A DNA stretch of 64,000 bases. Origin: an uncultured candidatus Porisulfidus sp. (GTDB lineage Bacteria > Pseudomonadota > Gammaproteobacteria > Poriferisulfidales > Poriferisulfidaceae). The translations under genes and the position numbers were made by a program. Shown here piece after piece: positions 36,990-46,125 of the stretch. Positions within the stretch are counted from its first letter, which is position 1; each line of letters opens with the position of its first letter. The stretch lies in the NCBI GenBank assembly GCA_965116025.1, contig OZ220480.1, positions 1,184,001 to 1,248,000 on the forward strand, in the 5' to 3' direction. The notes below the pieces were generated by a model that was not told the origin of the DNA, did not search any database, and saw only the letters and a program-made list of their open reading frames with translations.

Positions 36990-37851
36990 GCTCGTTCGGG
37001 CGCAGGGCGTCCCGGGTGCGCTTCGCGGCCGCGAACGCGTCGCGCAACGCGTCGGAGCGGTCATCGCGCAGCGCCGCGGCCAGCTCGCCGACGCGCTTCT
37101 CGAACCGTTCCAGGATGGGCGTCAGGTGCGCGCGGTTGGAGCGGCAGATGTCCAGCCAAAGATCGGGGTTGCTGGAGGCGATCCGGGTGAAGTCGAGCAG
37201 GCCGCCCGCGGCGTAGCGCTTCAGATCCTCGGCTGGCAGTCGCGCGCCCAAAACGTCCATCAGGGCGTACGCCAGCATATGCGGCAGGTGGCTGATGCCG
37301 GCGAACAGCGCGTCGTGCGCGTCCGCGCTCATGCGTTCGACGCGCGCGTCCAGTCGCTCCCACATCCAGCGAATTCTCTCGACCTTCTCGGGGTCGGCGT
37401 TGCCGGCCGGCGTCAGGACCACGCGCCGGCCCCGAAACAGGTCGCCGCGCGCGAGCCGCGCTCCGCTCTTCTCCGTGCCGGCGATCGGGTGGCCGGGCAC
37501 GAACCAGGGGGGAACCTCTCCGCGGGCCCGCTCCAGAGCGCGCAGCGGCGGTCGCTTGACGCTGCCGACGTCGGTGACCGTCTGGCGCCCGGAGACGCGC
37601 GGCGCCAAACGGCGGCAAAGGTCGGCGATGGCGGCGGGCGGCGTGGCCAGCACGATCAGCTCGGCCTTCTCGGCCGCGGCTTCGGGCGTGGAGTGCGCGA
37701 CGTCGATCAGGTCGAGCTCGCGCGCCAGCTCCAGCGCCGCCGGATCGGAATCGTGGCCATGAATGACGCGCGCGGCGCCAGCGGCGCGCAGGCCGGCCGC
37801 CATGGAGCCGCCGATGTGCCCGATCCCGATGAACGCGAGGGACGCGCTCAC
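36982..37851 (-). CDS. tyrA: Prephenate/arogenate dehydrogenase
   Basis: GIGHIGGS, TDVGSVK, GHPIAGTEKSG, HD..FA.ISHLPH, DFTRIA. Confidence 0.93.
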   Translation of the reverse strand: MSASLAFIGIGHIGGSMAAGLRAAGAARVIHGHDSDPAALELARELDLIDVAHSTPEAAAEKAELIVLATPPAAIADLCRRLAPRVSGRQTVTDVGSVKRPPLRALERARGEVPPWFVPGHPIAGTEKSGARLARGDLFRGRRVVLTPAGNADPEKVERIRWMWERLDARVERMSADAHDALFAGISHLPHMLAYALMDVLGARLPAEDLKRYAAGGLLDFTRIASSNPDLWLDICRSNRAHLTPILERFEKRVGELAAALRDDRSDALRDAFAAAKRTRDALRPNERE

Positions 37852-38969
37852 GATTCCCGCCACGCGCGCAACGCGTCGATCAGGGCGCAGGTCTCCGCGG
37901 GGGTTCCGATAGTGAAGCGCAACCAGTTCGGGAGCTCGTACTCCGGCAGCGCGCGCGCCAGGATCCCGCGTTCTCTCAAATGGGCCGCGACCGCCGCGGC
38001 CTGGTCTTCGAAGTCCAGGGTCAGGAAGTTGGCGCGCGCGCCCAGCGCGCGCAGGCCCAGCGCGCGGGCCGCCTCGCGCAACCGCCGCATGCCTTGGGCG
38101 TTGACGGCTCGGCTGCGCGCCACGTGCTCCTCGTCCCCGACGGCGGCCAGCGCCGCGCGTTGGGCCAGGACGTTGACGTTGAACGGCTGGCGCGCCCGGT
38201 TGAGCATCGCGACGACCTCCGGGTGGGCCAGGGCGTAGCCGATCCGCAGTCCGGCCAGCCCGAAGATCTTGGAGAACGTTCGGGTCACGATCACCTGCGG
38301 GTATTCCAGAAAACGTCCGGCCGCGGGAATCGGGTCGCGGTATTCGGCGTACGCCTCGTCCAGCACCACCACGATCCGTGGCGGCAGAGCCTCGATCAGC
38401 GCCCGAATCTCGTCGTCCGCGAGCGTGGTTCCGGTCGGGTTGTTCGGGTTGGCGAGGAAGACCACGGCGGTGGTCTCGTCCACGAGTTCGAGCAGGGTGT
38501 CGGGGTCGTGCCCCAGCGGACGCTCGTACTCGATCGGATGGGGCGCCGCCACCCGCGTCGCGGCGCCGGCCGCGCGCGCGATCAGCGGGTAGACCACGAA
38601 GGCGTGCCGCGCGAACGCGGCGCTGCGGCCCTCCTCCAGATAGACGCGCGCGACCAGGTCCAGCAAGTCGGAGGAGCCGTTGCCGAGGAGCAGGTGGTCG
38701 ACGGAGCAGTCGTGGCGCGCGCCGAGCGCCTCGCGCAGCGCGTGTCCGTCGTTGTCCGGGTAGCGGGATAGGTCGGGCGGCTCGGCCAGCGCGGCCAGCG
38801 CCCGCGGGGACGGGCCGAGCGGGTTCTCGTTGGAGGCCAGCCGGCAGACTCTCTCGCCCGCGACGCTCGGCCGCGCGCCCGGCGCGTAGGGGGCCAGCTC
38901 TCGCACGCAGGGGCGGGCGGCCGCGGTGATCTGCCGCAATGCCGCGGAGGCGGGAGCGGGGCGGGTCAT
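37848..38969 (-). CDS. hisC: Histidinol-phosphate/aromatic aminotransferase
   Basis: LASNENPLG, GNGS, NPNNPTG, DEAY, RTFSKIFGLAGLRIGY. Confidence 0.93.
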   Translation of the reverse strand: MTRPAPASAALRQITAAARPCVRELAPYAPGARPSVAGERVCRLASNENPLGPSPRALAALAEPPDLSRYPDNDGHALREALGARHDCSVDHLLLGNGSSDLLDLVARVYLEEGRSAAFARHAFVVYPLIARAAGAATRVAAPHPIEYERPLGHDPDTLLELVDETTAVVFLANPNNPTGTTLADDEIRALIEALPPRIVVVLDEAYAEYRDPIPAAGRFLEYPQVIVTRTFSKIFGLAGLRIGYALAHPEVVAMLNRARQPFNVNVLAQRAALAAVGDEEHVARSRAVNAQGMRRLREAARALGLRALGARANFLTLDFEDQAAAVAAHLRERGILARALPEYELPNWLRFTIGTPAETCALIDALRAWRES

Positions 38970-38973
38970 GCGG

Positions 38974-40047
38974 TCAGCCCGACGCGCGGGGGTAGGAGCC
39001 CAGGATCTTGCAGAACGCGGCGGCCTCGTCGAGACGCTCCAAGGCCCGCGCCACCTCGGGATCTCGCCGGTGGCCACGGATGTCCAGAAAGAACACGTAC
39101 TCCCAGTTTCGGGTCCGCGTGGGGCGCGACTCGATTCGGGTGAGATCGATGCTGGATTCGGCCAGCGGGCGCAACAGCTCGAGCAACGCGCCGGGCCGGT
39201 TGCGCGCCGACGCCAGCACGCTGGTCTTGTCCTCGCCGGACGGCTCCGGGTCGCGTGCGCCGAGCACCAGAAACCGGGTTCGGTTGTTCGGGTGATCCTC
39301 GATGTTGGAGGCCAGGACGCGCAGCCCGTACCGCTCCGCGGCGGCGCGCGGGGCGATGGCCGCGGATTCGGGATGGCGCGCGGCGTGGCGGGCGGCCGCG
39401 GCGTTGCTCGCGGCGCTGACGCGATCCAGGTCCGGCAACTCCCGGTCCAGCCATCGTCGGCACTGGGCCAGGGCTTGCGGGTGCGCGCGCACGGCGCGCA
39501 GGGCCGCGCGGTCCGCGCCGTGGGCCAGTAGATGGTGGTGGACCGCTAGCTCGACCTCGCCGCAAATCTTGAGCGGCGACTCGATGAGCAGGTCCAGCGC
39601 GCGGGCGACCACGCCGTCGCTGGAGTTCTCGACCGGCACCACGCCATGCTCGGAGCGTCCGCTTTCCACGTCCCGGAACACCCCGGCGATGTCGTCGCGC
39701 GGCGCGACCCGCGCGGCGTGGCCGAAGTGGCGCAGGGCGGCCTGGTGGGTGAACGTCCCCTCCGGCCCGAGGTAGGCGACGCGGGTTGGGCGCTCCAGCG
39801 CCAGGCAGGCCGACATGATCTCGCGGAACAGGCGCGCCATTCCGTCATCCGACAGGGGTCCGGGGTTGGCCGCGCGGATTCGGCGCAGCACTTGGGCCTC
39901 GCGCGCCGGGTCGTAGAACGGGCCGTTGGTCTCTTTGGCGCGCGCGGTCTCCAGCGCCAGCGCGGCGCGGCGGCTGATCCGCTCCATGATCTCGTCGTCC
40001 AGCGCGTCGATACGCCGTCGAGTCGATTCCAGATCGAGCTTCCTCAT
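38974..40047 (-). CDS. pheA: Chorismate mutase/prephenate dehydratase (P-protein)
   Basis: RRRIDALD, LGPEGTF, PVENS, HPQALAQC, NRTRF, LTRIESRP, LGSYP. Confidence 0.96.
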   Translation of the reverse strand: MRKLDLESTRRRIDALDDEIMERISRRAALALETARAKETNGPFYDPAREAQVLRRIRAANPGPLSDDGMARLFREIMSACLALERPTRVAYLGPEGTFTHQAALRHFGHAARVAPRDDIAGVFRDVESGRSEHGVVPVENSSDGVVARALDLLIESPLKICGEVELAVHHHLLAHGADRAALRAVRAHPQALAQCRRWLDRELPDLDRVSAASNAAAARHAARHPESAAIAPRAAAERYGLRVLASNIEDHPNNRTRFLVLGARDPEPSGEDKTSVLASARNRPGALLELLRPLAESSIDLTRIESRPTRTRNWEYVFFLDIRGHRRDPEVARALERLDEAAAFCKILGSYPRASG

Positions 40048-41120
40048 GTCCCGCGCTCGAACTCCCGCATGAACTCGACCAAGGCTTCCGCCCCCGCTAT
40101 CGGCATCGCATTGTACAGGCTCGCGCGCACGCCGCCGGTCGCCTCGTGCCCGCGCAGGCCGAGCAGGCCGGCGGCCTCGGCCTCTCGCAGGAATCGGGAC
40201 TCGAGCCTCTCCTCCGTCAGGCGGAAGCAGACGTTCATGCGCGAGCGCGCTCGTTGGGCGACGCGATTCACGTACAACGCGCTCGCGTCGACGCACTCAT
40301 ACACGAGGCGCGCCCGCGCCCGCGCTCGCCGGGCCATCTCCTCCAGCCCTCCCCGCTCCCGGATCCAGCGCAGCATCAGCGCGCTGACGTACCAGGGATA
40401 GATGGGCGGCGTATGGTAGAGGCAGCCAGCGCGGAGCTGGGCCACGTACGATAGCCCCGGGCCCAGCCCGGTCTCCTCGCGGAGCAGGTCGCGCCGAACG
40501 ACCAGGGCGGTGAGGCCGGCCGTGCCGAAGTTCTTCTGGCTGCCGGCGTAGCACAGCGCGTACGGACGGATGTCGAACGGCTCGCTCAGAAAATCCGACG
40601 TGCGGTCGCAGACCAGCGGGCAGCGCGCGCGGGGAGGCGGCGTCGACAGGCCGGTCAGCGTCTCGTTGGAGACGTAGTGCAGCGCGGCCAGACCCTCCGT
40701 GTCGGCCTCCTTGACGTCGGGGTGGTCGGTCGGGTCCGGGGAGGTCGGCAGGACGCGGACGTCGCGGATATTTCGCGCCTCCTTGATGGCTTGGCGCGAC
40801 CAGAAGCCGGTGTCGAGCAGGCCGATCCGGTCGCCCGGGGCGGTCAGATTCCGTGGCCATAGGGAATAATGCGTTCGGGCGCCGCCGTTCAGGAACAGCG
40901 TGGCGTACTCGTCCGGGAGCGCGAGCAGCGCGCGAAGGTCGGCCTCCGATCGTTCCGCGATGGCGCCGAATTCCGCGCCGCGGTGGCCCAGTTCCAGGAT
41001 GGAGCGTCCGCGCGGAGGAAAGGAGCGGACCGCGGCGGCCGCCTCGGCGACGACTTCCGGTGGCAGCTGGGCGGGCCCGGGCGCGTAGTTGTAACGCGCC
41101 GGGGCGGCCTCAGTGGACAA
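40044..41120 (-). CDS. serC: Phosphoserine aminotransferase
   Basis: [33 protein letters not shown]...GG.RASLYNA. Confidence 0.94.
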   Translation of the reverse strand: MSTEAAPARYNYAPGPAQLPPEVVAEAAAAVRSFPPRGRSILELGHRGAEFGAIAERSEADLRALLALPDEYATLFLNGGARTHYSLWPRNLTAPGDRIGLLDTGFWSRQAIKEARNIRDVRVLPTSPDPTDHPDVKEADTEGLAALHYVSNETLTGLSTPPPRARCPLVCDRTSDFLSEPFDIRPYALCYAGSQKNFGTAGLTALVVRRDLLREETGLGPGLSYVAQLRAGCLYHTPPIYPWYVSALMLRWIRERGGLEEMARRARARARLVYECVDASALYVNRVAQRARSRMNVCFRLTEERLESRFLREAEAAGLLGLRGHEATGGVRASLYNAMPIAGAEALVEFMREFERGT

Positions 41121-43692
41121 CCGGCTCGTCCTCCTCGTCCCCGTCGTCCAGTGGCTCGACGCAGACGACCCGAGTCAGCGATTCGTCCGCGCGCGGCTCG
41201 ATGAGCCGGACTCCTTGGGTGCGGCGTCCGATCACCGAGATCTCGTCGATGCGGGTGCGCACCAGCGTGCCGCCGTCGGTGATCAGCAGGACCTCTCGGT
41301 CGGGCTCCACCTCCACGGCCGCGATCACCCGCCCGTTGCGCTCGGAGGAGCGGATGGCGATCACGCCCTTGCCGCCCCGGCCCTTGCGCGGGAATTCGCC
41401 CAGCGCGGTGCGCTTGCCGTAGCCGTTTTGGGTGGCGATCAGCAGCTGCCGCTCGTCTCGCGCCTCGGGATCGAGGACCGCCAGGCCGATCACGGCCGCG
41501 CCGGGTTCCAGGCGGATGCCGCGCACGCCGATCGACTCGCGGCCCGTGGGCCGCACCGCGCTCTCGGAGAAGCGCGCCGCTTTCCCGTTGTCGCTGACCA
41601 GCAGGATGTCGCGGTCGCCATCGGACAGGGCGGCGCCGACCAGCCGGTCGTCGCCGCGCAGGCGCGCGGCGATGATGCCGCAGCGCAGGGGGCGAGAAAA
41701 CGCGGACAGCCGGACTTTCTTGACGATGCCGTCGCGGGTGGCCAGGACCACGTGGCGGTCGTCGCGGAACTCGCGCACCGGCATGATCACGCTGACCTTC
41801 TCGTCCGGCCGCAAGGGGAGCAGGTTGACGATCGGCCGCCCGCGCGCGGAGCGCGAGCCTTGCGGGAACTGGTAGACCTTGAGCCAGTAGACCCGGCCGA
41901 GGCTGGTGAAGCACAGGACCGTGTCGTGGCTGCTGGCGACGAACATCTGCTCGATGAAGTCCTCCTCCTTGGTCGACGCGGCGGCCTTCCCGCGTCCGCC
42001 ACGGCGCTGCGCCCGGTACGCGCCCGGCGACTGCGACTTCGCGTAGCCCTGCCCCGAGAGGGTGACCACCCGATCCTCCACCGGGATGAGGTCCTCGTCC
42101 TCGATGTCGTAGTCGATGTTCTCGATCTCGGTGCGCCGCGGGTCCGCGTACCGCTCGCCGATGGCGACCAGCTCGTCGCGAATCACCCGCATCAGCCGAT
42201 CCGGATCGGACAGGACGCCGAACAGCTCGGCGATGAGGTCGAGGACTTCCTGGTAGTCGGCGCGGATCTTCTCTTGCTCCAGGCCGGTGAGCCGATGCAG
42301 CCGCAACTCCAGGATGGCCTGCGCCTGGGCTTCGGACAGGCGGTAGCCGTCCTCCGCGAGCCCGCACTCTTTCGGCAATCCTTCGGGACGGGAGGCCGCG
42401 GCTCCTTGCCGTTCCAGCAGTCGCGCCACGCTTCCGGGCGGCCACGCTCGCCCCATCAGCCCGGCCCGGGCGGTGGCGGCGTCCGGCGAGGCCTTGATCA
42501 GCGCGATGACCTCGTCGATGTTAGCCAGCGCGACGGCGAATCCCTCCAGGCGATGCGCGCGCGCGCGCGCCTCGCGCAAGTCGAACAAGGTGCGGCGGGT
42601 CACGACCTCGCGGCGGTGGCGCAGGAACGCCTCCAGCACGTCGCGGAGCGTGACGATCTCCGGCTGCCCGTCGATCAGGGCCACCATGTTCACGCCGAAC
42701 GACAGGCGCATCCGCGTATGCTGGTACAGGTTGTTGAGGACGACCTCGGCGACCGCGCCCTTGCGCAGCTCGATCACGACGCGCATCCCGTCCTTGTCCG
42801 ATTCGTCGCGCAGGGTGCGGACGCCCTCAAGGCGCTTGTCGCGCACCAGCGTCGCGATGTGCTCGATCAGCCGGGCCTTGTTGACCTGGTAGGGCAGCTC
42901 GGTGACGATGATTCGCTCGCCTCCCTTCGCGTCCTCCTCGATTTCGGCGCGGGCGCGGATCATGATCCGGCCCCGTCCGGTGGCGTAGGCGGCGCGGACG
43001 CCGCCACGGCTGATCAGCCCCGCGGTCGGGAAGTCCGGCCCTGGAAGAGCCTCCATCAGGCCGTCCAGGTCGATCTCGGGGTCGTCGATCAGCGCGACGC
43101 AGGCGCGCATCGTCTCGCCAAGGTTGTGCGGGGGGATATTGGTCGCCATGCCGACCGCGATCCCGGCCGCGCCGTTGACCAGCAAGTTCGGGACGCGGGT
43201 CGGCAGCACGACGGGCTCGCGCTCGTTGCCGTCGTAGTTGGGCTGGAAGTCCACCGTCTCCCGGTCGAGATCGGAGAGCACCTCGTGCGCGATGCGCGCC
43301 AGGCGCACCTCGGTGTAGCGCATCGCCGCCGGAGAGTCCCCGTCCACGGACCCGAAGTTGCCTTGGCCGTCGACCAGCATGTGCCGCATCGAGAACGGCT
43401 GCGCCATGCGCACCATGGTGTCGTACGCCGCGCTGTCGCCGTGCGGATGATACTTGCCGATCACGTCGCCGACCACGCGCGCCGACTTCTTGTACGGCTT
43501 GTCCCAGTGGTTCTTGAGCTCGTTCATGGCGTACAGCACCCGGCGATGCACCGGCTTGAGGCCGTCGCGGACGTCGGGAAGGGCGCGGCCCACGATCACG
43601 CTCATCGCGTAGTCGAGATACGACTGGCGCATCTCGTCCTCGATCGTGACGGGCAGAATCTCGGAGGATCGGGAAAGGTCTGGGTCGCTCAT
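41110..43692 (-). CDS. gyrA: DNA gyrase subunit A
   Basis: [41 protein letters not shown], GyrA-box QRRGGRG. Confidence 0.98.
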   Translation of the reverse strand: MSDPDLSRSSEILPVTIEDEMRQSYLDYAMSVIVGRALPDVRDGLKPVHRRVLYAMNELKNHWDKPYKKSARVVGDVIGKYHPHGDSAAYDTMVRMAQPFSMRHMLVDGQGNFGSVDGDSPAAMRYTEVRLARIAHEVLSDLDRETVDFQPNYDGNEREPVVLPTRVPNLLVNGAAGIAVGMATNIPPHNLGETMRACVALIDDPEIDLDGLMEALPGPDFPTAGLISRGGVRAAYATGRGRIMIRARAEIEEDAKGGERIIVTELPYQVNKARLIEHIATLVRDKRLEGVRTLRDESDKDGMRVVIELRKGAVAEVVLNNLYQHTRMRLSFGVNMVALIDGQPEIVTLRDVLEAFLRHRREVVTRRTLFDLREARARAHRLEGFAVALANIDEVIALIKASPDAATARAGLMGRAWPPGSVARLLERQGAAASRPEGLPKECGLAEDGYRLSEAQAQAILELRLHRLTGLEQEKIRADYQEVLDLIAELFGVLSDPDRLMRVIRDELVAIGERYADPRRTEIENIDYDIEDEDLIPVEDRVVTLSGQGYAKSQSPGAYRAQRRGGRGKAAASTKEEDFIEQMFVASSHDTVLCFTSLGRVYWLKVYQFPQGSRSARGRPIVNLLPLRPDEKVSVIMPVREFRDDRHVVLATRDGIVKKVRLSAFSRPLRCGIIAARLRGDDRLVGAALSDGDRDILLVSDNGKAARFSESAVRPTGRESIGVRGIRLEPGAAVIGLAVLDPEARDERQLLIATQNGYGKRTALGEFPRKGRGGKGVIAIRSSERNGRVIAAVEVEPDREVLLITDGGTLVRTRIDEISVIGRRTQGVRLIEPRADESLTRVVCVEPLDDGDEEDEPVVH

Positions 43693-43865
43693 TGACTATG
43701 AGGAGGGTCGGCGGGCGAGAGCGCGGGCGAGTGGAAAATTGCTCGCGCGCATTCTACCAGAGCCCGCGCTTTCCCGCGTCCGGAGGGCCGCCTTGGAACG
43801 CGCGCGGAAGAGCCGGCAAGAGAGCGATGAATGGCGATCTGGCCGTCGCCGAGAGCGTGGTCGCG

Positions 43866-43942
43866 TGGTGGCTATGGGTGGACTCGAACCACCGACCTTG
43901 GCATTATGAGTGCCACGCTCTAACCAGCTGAGCTACATAGCC
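43866..43942 (-). tRNA. tRNA-Met(CAT), elongator type
   Basis: GGCTATGTAGCTCAGCTGGTTAGAGC...CT-CAT-AA...GGTTCGAGTCC...GCCACCA; paired G1-C72. Confidence 0.95.
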
Positions 43943-43953
43943 AGACGCGCGCA

Positions 43954-44616
43954 TTATAAGGGGGGACGAGCGGCGCGCGGCTCGACATGGCGGGCGAGCG
44001 CGACGATTCGCGAGCCGGCGACGACCGAGACCCGCGCGCGGAGGCCGTTCTCCAGGAGCGCCTCTCCAGAGTCCAGGCGGACCTCGATGTCCTGGAAGCC
44101 GACGCGCCGCCCCGCGCTCGCGCGGAGCGCCTTGTAGACCGCCTCCTTGGCGCAGAACAGAACGCGGCTTCCCAAAAGGCGGGAGTCGTATCTGGCGCGC
44201 TCGCCGGGGGTCGCGACCGCGTTGATCAACTTGGGGGGAAGAGGCTCCGCCGGCTCGACGTCGATGCCGATCGAGACGTCGCCGGAGGAGGGCAGGACGG
44301 CGGCGACGGCGAACCGACGGTCGTGCGCCAGGGATCCGGCGAAGCCGTCCGGCCATTGGGGCGCGCCGCTCGCCAGCCGGGGCAATTCCGCGGCGGGCCG
44401 CCCCAACCGCGCGAGCAAGCTCCGCGCCGCGATCCGCGCCGCGCCGCTCTGCCTGCGGATCTTCAGAGTCGCGCGCTCGATCCCCGCGCGTTCGGATGGC
44501 AGCAGCGCGTCCTCATCCCCGGGCGTGATGATGCGATAGCCCAGCAACAGCCCCGGCGCCCGCAACGCGCGCAAGTCGCGCTCCATCCCGGGATCGGTCG
44601 CGTCGGTCTCCGCCAT
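43954..44616 (-). CDS. 4'-phosphopantetheinyl transferase (EntD/Sfp-like)
   Basis: GAPQWPDGFAGSLAH, IGIDVE, FCAKEAVYKA; start overlaps the upstream stop (TGATG). Confidence 0.88.
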   Translation of the reverse strand: MAETDATDPGMERDLRALRAPGLLLGYRIITPGDEDALLPSERAGIERATLKIRRQSGAARIAARSLLARLGRPAAELPRLASGAPQWPDGFAGSLAHDRRFAVAAVLPSSGDVSIGIDVEPAEPLPPKLINAVATPGERARYDSRLLGSRVLFCAKEAVYKALRASAGRRVGFQDIEVRLDSGEALLENGLRARVSVVAGSRIVALARHVEPRAARPPL

Positions 44617-45266
44617 CAGCGTCCGGCCTCCGCGGGCGAGGTCCCGTAAATCCGGTCCATGCCCTTGAGGAATTCCGCCTCCCCGCCATGACCGGGATGT
44701 CGCGTCGCTTGGCATCGCAGGCCAAATCCGTCCAGCGCCTCCTCGGCGTCTCTGCCGATCGCCACGAGACGCCGGGGCTGGAGCAGGTCCAGCAGAGCGG
44801 GGAGAACGTCCCGGCAGGCCTGGCGCTCGGCGCGGGTGTGGCGCCGGTTGGAAAGGATCTCTCCGGGCCGGAATGGATGCAGGGGAAAGACGTTCCAGAA
44901 GAAGACGCGCCAGGGGATCCGGGAGCGGGCTTTCCAGACCGCGGCGGAGGTCCGCTCCGCGACGGGCGGCCCCATGGTGGCGCGCCGCAGGACGATCCCG
45001 CCATAGTCCCGCGCGAGGAGCGGGAGGCGCTCCTCGTCGGTCAGAGGCAATCCGGCGCGGCGCCCGCCCCGATGGCCGAGGTCCCGGGCGATCCAGAGGG
45101 AATCCACGGGCGCGCGCGTCGCCGCCTCCATCAAGGCGCGCAGGTTGGCGCGCCGCCGCGCGACGGCGTCGGCGCGGTCGCGCGCGGGACAACGCTCGCC
45201 GTACGGGTTGAAAACTCCGTCCAGGCGGATCCGGCTCAGCGCCTGGACGAGAGAGCGGGGAGTCAT
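44616..45266 (-). CDS. Uracil-DNA glycosylase-superfamily protein
   Basis: FNPY, RDLGHRGGRR.G..LTDE, ERT, WNVFPLHP, NR, VAIG, RHP..GG motifs; ATG 45275 is an alternative start. Confidence 0.8.
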   Translation of the reverse strand: MTPRSLVQALSRIRLDGVFNPYGERCPARDRADAVARRRANLRALMEAATRAPVDSLWIARDLGHRGGRRAGLPLTDEERLPLLARDYGGIVLRRATMGPPVAERTSAAVWKARSRIPWRVFFWNVFPLHPFRPGEILSNRRHTRAERQACRDVLPALLDLLQPRRLVAIGRDAEEALDGFGLRCQATRHPGHGGEAEFLKGMDRIYGTSPAEAGR

Positions 45267-45506
45267 GGAGGCCATTAAAGCGCTCGCCGCCTTTCCGCTC
45301 GCGTCCCGCGCTCGTGGAGCCAAGCCGGGACCGACTTGATTTCTTGATGATTCAAACGTTTAAGATTCGCGTTCCTAGGTTGTGCTAGGCTATGAAACAT
45401 GCTCACGCCCCTCCGACGACGGAATAGACGAGGCGGCTCATGATCATTCGTTCGCCCACGGTCGGGATATGAATAAGGCGACTCGACCGGGCTAAGCAGG
45501 AGCGTT

Positions 45507-46019
45507 ATGCTTGAGACAGCGATCCAACTCGTCGCCGCGATGGCGATCACGGGGTTCCTTTGGAACCTTCACCGAGACTCGGACAGACTCCACCGAGACA
45601 TGGCGGAGTTTCGCGAGGATGTCAACCAAGGCATCGCGGGCCTTCGCCAAGAGACCGGTCGGGACATGGCCGACCTTCGCAGGGAGATGGCCGAGCATCG
45701 CCGAGCGATGGACCAGGACATGGTTGGCCTCCGCAAGGAGATGGCGGAGCATCGCCAGGCGATGGATCAGGACATGGCCGGCCTCCGCAAGGAGATGGCC
45801 GAGCACCGCCAGGCGATGGACCAGGACATGGCCGGCCTCCGCAAGGATATGACTGATCATCGCCTGGAGACCAGCCGGGATATCGCCAGCCTTCGCGAGG
45901 ACGCGACTAGCCATCGCTTGGAGACCGGCCGGGATATGGCCGACCTTCGCGAGCGGATGGTGCGGGTGGAAAGCTTGCTGGAAGATATCGCCGGGCGTCC
46001 TCGGGAATCGCGATCCTGA
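45507..46019 (+). CDS. Membrane-anchored coiled-coil repeat protein
   Basis: AGGAG RBS, hydrophobic N-terminus, 18-aa repeats DMAGLRKEMAEHRQAMDQ, C-terminal LRERMVRVESLLE. Confidence 0.75.
   Translation: MLETAIQLVAAMAITGFLWNLHRDSDRLHRDMAEFREDVNQGIAGLRQETGRDMADLRREMAEHRRAMDQDMVGLRKEMAEHRQAMDQDMAGLRKEMAEHRQAMDQDMAGLRKDMTDHRLETSRDIASLREDATSHRLETGRDMADLRERMVRVESLLEDIAGRPRESRS
45663..45959 (+). repeat. 54-bp intragenic tandem repeat, about 5.5 units
   Basis: Units start at 45663, 45717, 45771, 45825, 45879, 45933. Confidence 0.9.
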
Positions 46020-46125
46020 TCCGGCGGCCCGCGTGGGCGGGCGCGGCCTCGAAATTCCGCCGGGGCACGCGCGCCTGTACTATACTTGATTGGCTAGGTT
46101 CGCTAGCCGTCTGCGGGAGCGCGTG

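Noticed and set aside
41113-43695. 860-aa plus-strand ORF mirroring gyrA
   Set aside because: Codon-register antisense shadow; same explanation for 33036-35063 (rpsA), 21379-22779 (glnA) and 7392-8711 (Fic)
45663-45959. Tandem repeats as a possible CRISPR array
   Set aside because: Contiguous in-frame coding units with no unique spacers and no cas genes
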